Positions 1-9,790 of a stretch of 64,000 bases of DNA are shown here, in pieces. The stretch lies in the NCBI GenBank assembly GCA_965644295.1, contig CBFFRP010000023.1, positions 1 to 64,000 on the forward strand, in the 5' to 3' direction. Position numbers and translations under genes: made by a program. The notes under the pieces were generated by a model. It did not search any database. It saw only the letters and a program-made list of their open reading frames with translations, and had not been told where the DNA came from. This DNA comes from Paraphysomonas bandaiensis. Its lineage: Eukaryota; Protista; Chrysophyceae. Each line of letters begins with the position of its first letter. Position 1 is the stretch's first letter.

Positions 1-719
1 AATGATGATATGACATTATCAAGTGTGTCTATTTCTGTTGAATCATACACTAATGAAGAATCCAACTTATTATTTACATCTATTATATCATGTTTAGCAT
101 TTATATTATTTTGAAGTGTAACATCTTGAGTTTGTAAGTTTGTTATATCAGTGTCATTATTAGTTATTTGATCTTGTAAACTTACTATTATATTATCAAT
201 TGTATCTAATTCTGTTGAGTCATAAACTAATCCAGAATCCAACATATTATTCACGTCGATCATATCATGTTTAGTATCAATATTGTTCTGTAATGTTATA
301 TCTTGGGCTTGTAAATTTGCCACATCCGTTTGTAAATTCGGTATATTAATTAAGTCTATATCTTGAAGAGCATCAAGACCGTTAAAACTTGCTGTCAATG
401 TATCTAATTGTGATTGTATAGTTTCATTGGTATTTATACCGTCTAATGTTTGTATTTCATTTCCAGTGAGGTTTAATAATCTTGTATTTATATCTAATAA
501 CATATTATTTTTTGAATCTGTAAAGGCCACTGTTTGGGGTTCATTGTTTATGGTTAAGTTATTACCATTCAAGATTTCAACGTTCGCTGTAAATTTAGCA
601 TTGTCTAATCTTGCATATTCCGCCATATTTAATATCACTCTTGCTGTTTCAATCTGTTTATGATTTTCTGCATTGAAAATGGCATTATTGCTTGTTTTCG
701 GCTTTGTATAAATTGACAT
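1..719 (-). CDS. Viral fibre/spike-like protein with 59-aa tandem repeats (3'-incomplete, runs off window; absent from ORF track)
   Basis: Manual translation from ATG at 719: MSIYTKPKTSNNAIFNAENH...LQAQDITLQNNIDTKHDMIDVNNMLDSGLVYDSTELDTIDNIVVSLQDQITNNDTDITN LQTQDVTLQNNINAKHDIIDVNNKLDSSLVYDSTEIDTLDNVISS. No stop down to base 1; 177-bp DNA period. Confidence 0.7.
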   Translation of the reverse strand, partial: MSIYTKPKTSNNAIFNAENHKQIETARVILNMAEYARLDNAKFTANVEILNGNNLTINNEPQTVAFTDSKNNMLLDINTRLLNLTGNEIQTLDGINTNETIQSQLDTLTASFNGLDALQDIDLINIPNLQTDVANLQAQDITLQNNIDTKHDMIDVNNMLDSGLVYDSTELDTIDNIIVSLQDQITNNDTDITNLQTQDVTLQNNINAKHDIIDVNNKLDSSLVYDSTEIDTLDNVISS

Positions 720-756
720 CTATATATAATATAACAACATTATTATATTCTATAAT

Positions 757-779
757 TAAATTAGACTTCAAGGTTTTAT
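757..779 (-). promoter_or_regulatory. Putative viral promoter motif, copy 1
   Basis: TAAATTAGACTTCAAGGTTTTAT is 22/23 identical to 2295-2317; both lie upstream of minus-strand viral ORFs. Confidence 0.5.
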
Positions 780-823
780 AGGGTTTTTGTATAAATTTGT
801 TTTCTTTTCTAATTATATATACA

Positions 824-1081
824 ATGTTAATCGATGTAATTATTAAGTATAAAAAAAAAAGTGGCCCACTCTGTGTAGAACTCTTTGAATCATTAGACCA
901 TTCTAAATTTACCGCTCGTAGTGTACAATTCTTTAAAGAAATAGACCATTCTAAATTTAACGCTCGTAGTTCTAACCCTAATTTGTTTTGGCATGATTAT
1001 ACAATAAATATTAAAGACTTTGAAGAATTTGTCATGCATTTTGAAGATGTGATCGATGAAATTCATGTAAGAATAATATAA
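824..1081 (+). CDS. Small hypothetical viral protein (85 aa) with internal DHSKFxARS duplication
   Basis: ATG at 824 preceded by TATATATACA, a context similar to the other viral ORFs. A 29-bp direct repeat occurs at 894 and 942. Confidence 0.55.
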   Translation: MLIDVIIKYKKKSGPLCVELFESLDHSKFTARSVQFFKEIDHSKFNARSSNPNLFWHDYTINIKDFEEFVMHFEDVIDEIHVRII

Positions 1082-1207
1082 TAAAACTGAGGGTTTTAAA
1101 AACAAAATTGGGGGTTTTATTTCTAAAATTAAGGGTTTTTATATAAATCAAGGTTTTTATATAAAAATTGGGATTTTGTCGTTTTGTTTTATAGCAAAAT
1201 GGCTGCT

Positions 1208-1405
1208 ATGAGGATTCCAAACCATTGTTGTAAAGGAATTCCCCCAAAAATGGTTTGGAACCCTCATGCGTGTTAATGTGGTCCAAGCCTAGCATTAACA
1301 GTATTTGAGTTCCATTTTTTTTTTTCAGAAAAACGCCTTTTTTCAATGTGGCGGCATAGGGAATCGAACCAGATTATTTCATCTGCCGCCACAGACTATT
1401 TCATC
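1208..1405. other. Cluster of three inverted repeats between convergent viral ORFs (terminator or ncRNA candidate)
   Basis: Arms at 1208-1226/1249-1267 (19 bp, 1 mismatch), TGTTAATG...CATTAACA at 1271-1300, and TGTGGCGGCA...TGCCGCCACA at about 1347-1393. Confidence 0.55.
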
Positions 1406-1735
1406 CGGAACGACTCCAAACGTCTTTCCTAATACGTGATGACATGATTTAAATATATAAATGTAATATTTTTAGTCTGTATATTTTCTGTTGTTTGTTG
1501 TGTTGGTGTGTATGTTGTGTTGTTGTTGTGATGCTGTTGTGTTGTTTGTGTATGAGTATATATATACATATATATATATTCATTCATAATATTCATTGTC
1601 ATTGTGTCTATATCATTGTGATATATAACAAGCATGGAAATAAAGGAAATATGATGTCATTATAAGACATTGTCTTTGTTTGGTTGTATGTATCGTATTC
1701 GTTATATTCATTGTTATTGTTATGTAGGGCTCTTA

Positions 1736-2239
1736 TTATCTTTCACAGGTATTTATGAAAACCCCAAAGGCTTCATTTGCTTTTTTTATTCTTGCTTGTT
1801 TTGCTTCTTCTATTGTATCAAAGTATCCAATGTGAATTGAAATGCCATCTAATTTTATTTGCGCAACCCATTTCTTTTTTCTTTTGTTATAACATACGCC
1901 TTTTACTCCACATTTGTTTGCTTTGCTTAATTTTTGGTTATATTGATTCTCTTTTGCGGTTGCCCATCTCAAATTATTAACATTGTTGTCTAATGTGTTA
2001 TTATTTATATGATCTACACATGATTTGTTATCGGGATTAGGTATAAAAGCCATTGCAACTAATCGATGAATCTCAACTGTTTTTTGCTTTTTATTCAGAC
2101 GTAAGTTCAATCTGTAATAACCATGTCTGCCTAATCTAGGTTTTAATATCTTATCTGTATTATTGTTCTTTACATTTCCTTTATTTGATATACTATAGTT
2201 ATTGTTGTATCCATCAATCACTTTCCATTCTTCAGCCAT
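1736..2239 (-). CDS. NUMOD4-HNH endonuclease with C-terminal AP2 DNA-binding domain
   Basis: EEWKVIDGY..YSISNKGNVKN (NUMOD4); HRLVAMAFIPNP..VDHINNNTLDNNVNNLRW (HNH_3); GVKGV..KWVAQI..IHIGYFDTIEEA..AR (AP2). Confidence 0.92.
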   Translation of the reverse strand: MAEEWKVIDGYNNNYSISNKGNVKNNNTDKILKPRLGRHGYYRLNLRLNKKQKTVEIHRLVAMAFIPNPDNKSCVDHINNNTLDNNVNNLRWATAKENQYNQKLSKANKCGVKGVCYNKRKKKWVAQIKLDGISIHIGYFDTIEEAKQARIKKANEAFGVFINTCER

Positions 2240-2294
2240 TGTAATATATATATATGTATATAATAATTTCTTTTTAAACCATTTTATATATATT

Positions 2295-2317
2295 TAAATT
2301 AGAATTCAAGGTTTTAT
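2295..2317 (-). promoter_or_regulatory. Putative viral promoter motif, copy 2
   Basis: TAAATTAGAATTCAAGGTTTTAT, 56 bp upstream of the HNH ATG. Confidence 0.5.
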
Positions 2318-2330
2318 GAGTTTTTGCTTA

Positions 2331-2433
2331 AAGCTTCGCCATTATATCACTACAACTACATTCCAGAGCTTTAAGCATATTCGCCATTATATCACTACAA
2401 CTACATTCCAGAGCTTAAAGCTTTGCCATTATA
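2331..2433. repeat. About 45-bp tandem repeat (2 full copies plus 1 partial)
   Basis: TTCGCCATTATATCACTACAACTACATTCCAGAGCTT at 2335 and 2380; partial copy at about 2422. Confidence 0.85.
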
Positions 2434-2439
2434 CATTAT

Positions 2440-2895
2440 TATAAAAAAGTCATATAGATAACAAAGTAGATTTAATAAGTAGTTTTAATGGTAGAATCCC
2501 GGGGTTTTACAACCTTTACAAATTTAAATTATTTTTCATTTTAATTTTTCCCTCCCCCTATATCTACTATTAAATCTACTTATTAAATCTACTTTACTAT
2601 CTATATTACTTTTTATTATAACAATATAAATAATATATAAAGTTATTAATTTTATTTAAGAATATAAATAATATATAAAGTAATTATAACTTATTTATAA
2701 TAAGTTATAAGTTAAACTCGCAAAGAGAAGGAATTACAACCGAAGGTTGTAATTGGAAACACTCGAAGAGAAGAGGCCCCTTGAGGGGCATGTGGGGTAG
2801 AAAAAGAGGCCCCCCTCGTCCTCCTCCTCCCCGTTTTTTGTAATAGTAAAGCACTATTTAACCTCCACTTTTATAGAGACGATGTAAATAGTACT
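2440..2895. repeat. Subterminal/TIR region of the viral element with inverted repeats and hairpins
   Basis: Imperfect roughly 55-bp inverted repeat 2440-2495/2563-2620; AATTACAACC-GAA-GGTTGTAATT at 2732-2754; GCCCCT-TG-AGGGGC; AGCACTATTTA...TAAATAGTACT at 2850-2895. Confidence 0.6.
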
Positions 2896-5688
2896 TGTGT
2901 CATAGGTTAGATGATGTGTCGCAGGAATTAAGCATTCAAATTGGGCATCAAACAATGCACGGAAATTACTCAGGCCCTGCTGCTCTGGGTCACGTAACTT
3001 CCTATTATATCAGAAATATATTATTAAAAATAGTTTCGGTGTGCTGCTCGTTGTTGTTACTAGAATTTCAGACATGGGAGTGACCTACTTGCCATCTGAT
3101 TGTGTAAGAGAGTGCATCAAGCTCACTTCCTCATCAGGTGATAATGCTTACCAGGTGTGTGTGTTGACGATAGTGAGATGATAATTTAATAATGCAAATG
3201 TTGCAAGTCTGACTTTCACTTCGCAGCTTACATCAACGAATTGATCTCTGTAGAAGATACTACCGACGACCTTGAGCGTGTTTGCTAGTAGAGGAGTGAG
3301 AAATCTATTCCACTTTTTATTCTTCCTGGTGGAAAAAGTGTGTCATTATTATAACACGTAAGAACTCTGCTTCCTCTTTCCCGTCCTGGAATTTTCAATA
3401 CTTTCAAGTATACTTGTCATTGTACAGATGCGTGCTAGTAACCTACTAGCATTTCACGACTGTCCATTCCTCAATGATAATTTGTTATTATAATTTTCTT
3501 AAACTTTTGTACGACTGTGGTTGTGGAAAGATTCTGAGGAGTCACATTTTATGCATTGAAATATAATTCATCAGTTGAACACAGGTAAAATGGCGTGTCT
3601 CCTGCGAGCACAAAAAACTACATATTTACGAAAACTTAATTTTAGCTGGTTGTGGTGAGCAAGTGAAGCATATAGCGAAGCTGTGCTGAGAATGCTTTCG
3701 TCGTTTCGGACATATATCAAGGTGCTACCACACTTATGCACGGTAAAATGCGACATATCTACTTCTTTTATGAGAAGAGCTAGATGTTTTATGATGTTGC
3801 GCTTGTCAGAATCGTTTTGTGCAAGAAGAATGAAATTGTGATATCTCTGTGGGAGGGGAATTCTTTGAGGGAATGTTTGTTTGTGAAACAAGTAGCTATG
3901 ATTCAAAACCTGTGATGTTTGCTTGGAAGAATAAGCACTTGCAACTTGATGTGCCGACTACCACTCTTTGCGCGGCGCTCATTGAAAATTGGTTTTGTGA
4001 TAGCAGGAAAGAAATAGAAAGTACTCCATCAACTTCATAATTATTTTCCAATATGATGTATGTATGTATGTATCGCTATATCGCATAGACTACGAACAGG
4101 TGCCCTAGTCATCTACCATCATCCGATTGACCTCATCGTTATAATATATATATAGCGTACTTGGAGTTTAAAACTTATCTTGAAAAATTAACACTTTCGA
4201 GTCGTATAATATACGTGATATAAGAATGCCAATTGTGTGGTTGAGTTCCTTGTTACTTAAAAGTAAGTTATCTACTGCCACACAACACCAAAGAAAGACT
4301 TTTTATTATGAGTATAATACCAACTTAATTTCTAGAGTCCTACTTGTGTATCAAACATTTCAGAGTCATACTAAAAAATAACGAACACTGTAGCTGAAAA
4401 GTTCTATACGGTAAATCTAAAGTAGCTTCCTCAGCACGAATCGTGTTGACACCAATCACACTGCAATATATTCTATTTCTACTTCGCTGATGTAATTCCT
4501 AAGGACGACAAAGACAATCAATGAATCACTCCGACACTTCCGAAATTGAGCGGAATGATTTTAGGCACCAAAATTTGTAGCTTCTGAGTATTGGTGGACT
4601 ATAATGGGTAGGCTTACTGAAGGGACTAAAAGTGCCGCCAAATACGTCATATTCTCTTTATTTTAAAGTACTAGCTAACTTGATGTGCTTAAAGATAAGC
4701 GGGTATAATACCCTTTTAAGGGGTATACTAATTTACACCATGCCTTCACCTTGTACTCCGCGCAAGAGTGACATTCTTCTCAGTAAGTTACGTATCTCAT
4801 CTGATACTACTAATAAAGAAGAGTTATCGTAAATAGTCCAGTGCACCTGGCACTTCTTGAATATAGAAAATGGGTATTTAAAATCTTGACTTGCGCAAGA
4901 ATAAATTAATCATGACTGGGCATTGGACTTATCGTTATATATATTGTCACAGCTCTAACTGCCGATGATGTGCTTATTATATGAAAAAGTGTAAGCATAA
5001 CATTAAATAACACAGAACAATCTTTACGTGCACCAAAATCAATCTGGTTTAAGAATTACTTTGTTGTTGTGCTGTTATATACTCTATGAATATTTATAGA
5101 CATAAACTAGTTTCTGTACGCAACCGTACTCATGTAATAATCAGATTTCATATATACTCTATGAATAGTCCTTATTGTTTCATTGCGTAATCGCATTTAC
5201 ATCAATATTTTTTATTCTTAACTACGGAGAATATGTGATTATTAACACTGCCTACAACCTCTTATCTTCCTACATCAGGATATAAATTTTTTTCTTAAGA
5301 TAAATTTTTTCTTAAAATTAGATTAATCTTTTGAAATTTATAGCAGTGTGTGTACTATATTTCATATAGTTTCTACCACGTGCAGTCGATATCTATCACT
5401 GCTAAATAGATCAGTTTCAATGACTACTTTTTAGTAGTTTGGTGATAAGTTTTCCTGTATATTCGGTAGTCTAAGTGATTTTGTACTGTGCACCACTCTT
5501 GCATACAGAATGCATGTAGTAATTTTTTAGCATCTTTTAGCTAGTTTTTCTTCCGCTGAGCGGCCGTTGAAAACTTCAACTGTAAAATTGGCATATACAA
5601 GCTCTCTGCAAAACCATACTAGTGAATTTTGCCTAAATATCTAGAACAAGAGATCACATTGGGAATGTATAAATATCCGGATTCTTTG

Positions 5689-6258
5689 AAGTCGAGGTAA
5701 TACCAAAACCTGGTTTTTGATGTAAAACCTGGTGAAATTTTTGATGATGGTTGGAAAAGGGTATAACTATGCACAATAAGTAACTATGAAGATAATAACA
5801 ATATGAAAAGTACTATTTATAATATTTTCTACTACTTTCTTCCATATTACTTTAGTTTTACAGCAATAAAAGTCACCGACTACACATATATGATATTACA
5901 TACAGTTCACAAGTAATGTGCTCCCAGCGGCTGTTGCCGCGTCGTTTCCGAGCATAGGTACTAATACTACTGTAAGTAGTAGTGGTAAAGATAGCTATAT
6001 GCGTATGCAATGTATCCAAAATCAGGCTATTCGGTTAGAGCGTTTGCAGTCTCAAGCGAAGCAGATGTAGCTATATGAGAATATGATATTACAATACACA
6101 AGTAATAATAGCAGGGCCAACTTGTAACGCAATAAATACTGCTAATATCAACTATGCTTGCGACTTTTTCTTTATTTTTAACCTCTCAGATACAAATTAC
6201 AGTAAAATAATAACTCAATACTTATATATGAAACCTGGTTTTGGTATTACCTCGACTT
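5689..6258. mobile_element. MITE-like element bounded by roughly 28-bp inverted repeats
   Basis: AAGTCGAGGTAATACCAAAACCTGGTTT at 5689 and its near-perfect reverse complement ending at 6258; non-coding interior. Confidence 0.6.
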
Positions 6259-6431
6259 TTGTCAGAGAACTCTAATTTGAAATTACTTCAGGGTAATGTC
6301 AACATTATCAAATCTGTATCATTCTTCTAGAACGGTACAACGACTCAATTTAGTGATACATCCCAACACTTTAAAATACGCAAAGCACCATTCTAAATGC
6401 AATAAAAGGTTCTATGTTATCACAGCAATAA

Positions 6432-7598
6432 CTACATCCCACTTGAGAGCATATCGATGAATTCAGCATTACGTCTGACATAAGGGCATACACTGCATTC
6501 ATAAATGTCATGGTCGGTGCTTTCTGCCTGAAAGTTGACACAGGGTGTCAGTGTCCCCGTGCAGTTGAATTCAGTGCATGCATGTCGCAGAATAAACAAC
6601 GATATATAAGCATCAGATGGAGCCATAGTACTACTGATCCCCTCATGCTCCTCACTGGATTCATATTCGGCCTCACTGTCGTCACTTGGATACTGACTTT
6701 CAACCTCACATCGTTTACACGTACAAGTAAACCCAAACATTTCTGTGCAATAATCTTGCCTGTCGTCGTATCCCCACAGCAGAGGTGCATAACTTATAGT
6801 TATTTCCGACCCAGCCGGGAGGTCGTAGAGTGCACGATAACACATACATAACGAAGAGTCATCGCAATGATCAGAAGCAGGACCAGACACTACATCCGCA
6901 TTATCCCACCGACTGCAATTCGGTATACAACTATGATTCACTAGACCCAGGAGGGGCTGCGAGGCATATCCACGTACAACTTCACCCGAATTAGAATCTT
7001 CATTTTCATCGTCTGGTCGCGCTACATATGGGAGCATAATTGCCTGCCCGTTAGATTTGTCTCGTAATACAACGTCTTTTATCCAATTAATCGTTAATTC
7101 AAGGAAGTCACTCGTAGGAATCGTCGCAACTAGAATATCCAATGCTATTTTACATGAGCGTTCTTCATCGGCAGTGAGTGATACACCTCCTCTTGTTTGA
7201 TCCATAAAGCGTTGGTACTTCTCAGAATCAGATAAATAAAGGCATGCTACTTCGAAAACAAGCTTCACTATAGCCTCAGCTTCATCATCTAGCTCATCAC
7301 TGAAAGAGTTGAGCATTGCATAGCTGCGACACACTGCATTATGATATTTCTGATGACGAGCGGCACATTCCTCATTACAGTAATACATCTGACCGCATCC
7401 TTTGCATGATAACTGAAACACAGCCCCATGAGAGTACCTCATGCACGCAGCACATGTGCTTCGCCGATATCTTCTCAGTGACCAGGCGAAACACGAGGGC
7501 TCTCTCATAACCACAGATCCAGCCGACACTGGCTCTCTAATGAACACTGATCGTCCATGCTCAGTTTCTTTCAACTCAATCGGCACAGTATAAATCAT
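6432..7598 (-). CDS. SET and MYND domain lysine methyltransferase (SMYD family)
   Basis: Split SET domain (GRSVF..EP), MYND finger (CxxC..CxxC..YYCNEEC), NHSCIPN, EITISY, post-SET FTCTCKRC. Confidence 0.9.
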   Translation of the reverse strand: MIYTVPIELKETEHGRSVFIREPVSAGSVVMREPSCFAWSLRRYRRSTCAACMRYSHGAVFQLSCKGCGQMYYCNEECAARHQKYHNAVCRSYAMLNSFSDELDDEAEAIVKLVFEVACLYLSDSEKYQRFMDQTRGGVSLTADEERSCKIALDILVATIPTSDFLELTINWIKDVVLRDKSNGQAIMLPYVARPDDENEDSNSGEVVRGYASQPLLGLVNHSCIPNCSRWDNADVVSGPASDHCDDSSLCMCYRALYDLPAGSEITISYAPLLWGYDDRQDYCTEMFGFTCTCKRCEVESQYPSDDSEAEYESSEEHEGISSTMAPSDAYISLFILRHACTEFNCTGTLTPCVNFQAESTDHDIYECSVCPYVRRNAEFIDMLSSGM

Positions 7599-8791
7599 TC
7601 GGTCTCAGTTTGGAGCAGTGGACTGATGAGATGCGGCGGACAGGCTGAGGGCAGGGCTACCAGGCGGATATGGCTGTATTATTAACATATGTGGGGCTGT
7701 GTATACTCTATCTACAGCAGTATATACACACATACTATTGTGGTATTCTGATAATCGGAATACGGAAAGAACAATTTTTATTTTCAGTTTGGTGGGCTTG
7801 AATTCCACTCTTAGGTGCCTCTGTACTGCTGTACCTGTACCTGTCCATGTATCAGTACGGTGTACTGGTGTACGGAAGTGTCCGTCTAACGATGAGAAGT
7901 TTCTGTCGACATGAATATCGCTCCAATATTTCCATGAGCATATCTGCTGCACAGTATCTTGCGTGTCTTCACACCCTGAAAAGGGAATATACACTCTGTG
8001 CGGTTCAGGTGAGCAGTTGAATTATGTAGGAGCCGCTCGAATGGAAATGGGAATACTAAGATGTAGCAGAAGTGATGTAGACTCAGTGAATCGGGGTAGC
8101 GTTGCTAAAGACGCTTGGCCCTGTAGTCCTTACCTGGACGCCAATACTGCGTGGCATCGTCCACCTCCTGGTTACACTGAAACTTGTGTGATGGTTCCTG
8201 TGCTCTACCACTTATGCCACAGAAATGTTATATACATAACGGATACAACATGTATCATCCACACGAGATAATTTTGCGTGCATTGAATTTGGAGAAAAAA
8301 GTGTCACATGTCAGGTACAGTCAAAGAGCTCTTGAGCACGCAATATAAGAAGATATATTTTTCTGTAGCTGCAGTTGTTTTAAAAGGTTCGTGAACTCTT
8401 ATTTATCCAAAGTATTATGCTTTTGCACTTTGCACCATCTAGAGCTGACAAAATTCTATGTTACAATGTCATTATAGAGTATTAGCGTTGCAGGTGGTAA
8501 TACAGAAATAATTCATAATCTTTGGAATTTTCAGTTGTTGTCTTCTTCCTTGTTTTCAGCATTCGTAGCAATAAATATAGTGAAGCTGGGTAGCATCAGG
8601 CGAAGACCATTGGAAATTAATGCATTATATCGCATTCTTTTATGTCTTCTATATTTGATTACTACAAGACTGATAGGAATTGGCAATATACACTGCTATC
8701 GTTATGTTATAAGATTTTCTAGCGTTTTAACCTTCTAGACTCTTACGTATAATGTACACATATTATTTCAAACCGTTCCGGCAGGAGCTTT

Positions 8792-9790
8792 TCAGTCCAG
8801 TACATGAGATGGCTTACTTACTGAGGGTGCTATTGGATCGCCACTGTCCCTTTCTTTTACAGCTTGATTAAATCCCACTTCTTCAGCGCGACTTTTAAAC
8901 CACATCCCCTCAGGTGAATGCCTGGTTATTCCATCAAATAGAGTAGCCAGCGTTTGAGTTGAAGCCAACCCCATATTCTCAATTGCTGAATTGATGACCA
9001 TTTTCTGCATCATAAGTTGATTTCGCGGAACAGAGGCAATGCGATTTGCTAAGGCATTAACATGGCTATCTAGTTCGATCTCTGGCACTGCAGCTGATAT
9101 GAGACCCATGGCCTCTGCCTCAGTTCCTGAGATAACATCTCCAGTTAGAAGCATCCGTTTAGCCTTTTCCGGACCAATGCGGTATATCCACATTGCAGTT
9201 GTTGGACATCCCCATAACCTGAAGTAAAAGATTAACATAATTGCCAGGTGTTAAGCATATATCCTATTCTGGTACTGCTTTAGGATAACATCAAATATCA
9301 CTGATAACGTTCCCAATATAAGCATTGTATACCTTGCTGGTGGATAACCAATAACTGCATTATTCGTCATCACAACCAAATCACAACAGAGTGCTATGTC
9401 GCTACCTCCAGCGATACAGTGACCCTGGACTTTAGCAATGGTCGGCTTATAACTCCGCCACAAAGAAAAAAAGTCATCGGTATATTTCTTCATTAGCTTA
9501 AAATCAACTGTTGGGTCCCATGGCATTGACTGATTGACAGAGTTAGGTCCTACAGCGCTGCCTTCTGAAAACTCTTTCAGGTCATACCCACTGCAAAATG
9601 ACCGCCCTGATCCAGCCAACACTATAGCATGAATGGAATCATCATTGTTAGCTTCATCAACTGCCATTTTAATTTCTTGCGGCATATAGCGATCAATAGC
9701 ATTAAGTCTCTCAGGCCTATTTAATGTGATCGTCGCCAGGCGTCCCTGGACAGTGTAGAGTATACTTCGAAACTGCTTTAAATGTGACAT
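8792..9790 (-). CDS. Crotonase/enoyl-CoA hydratase family protein (2 exons)
   Basis: ITLNRPERLNAI, FCSGYDL, KPTIAKVQGHCIAGGSDIALCCD; a GT-AG intron joins GYPPAR to LWGCP. Confidence 0.9.

Larger units (their letters stand above)
1..2895. mobile_element. Right-hand end of an endogenous DNA virus (Polinton-like virus / virophage / Maverick-type); remainder lies upstream of the window
   Basis: Visibly much more AT-rich than the host genes. ORFs are intronless, with a virus-typical fibre-like repeat protein and an HNH-AP2 endonuclease. ORFs share a TATATA-rich start context. A subterminal repeat and hairpin block is followed by a candidate ...AGTACT end at 2895. No capsid, ATPase, polymerase or integrase gene is inside the window, so the class is not fixed. 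Confidence 0.75.

Noticed and set aside
1429-1635. 68-aa ORF in the viral block
   Set aside because: Mostly low-complexity (CAA)/(TA) sequence.
2331-2433. CRISPR-like repeat
   Set aside because: Tandem units with only a few nucleotides between them, no unique spacers and no cas genes.
3571-4040. Coding-looking segment
   Set aside because: Stops in the candidate frames and no recognisable family; possibly a pseudogene.
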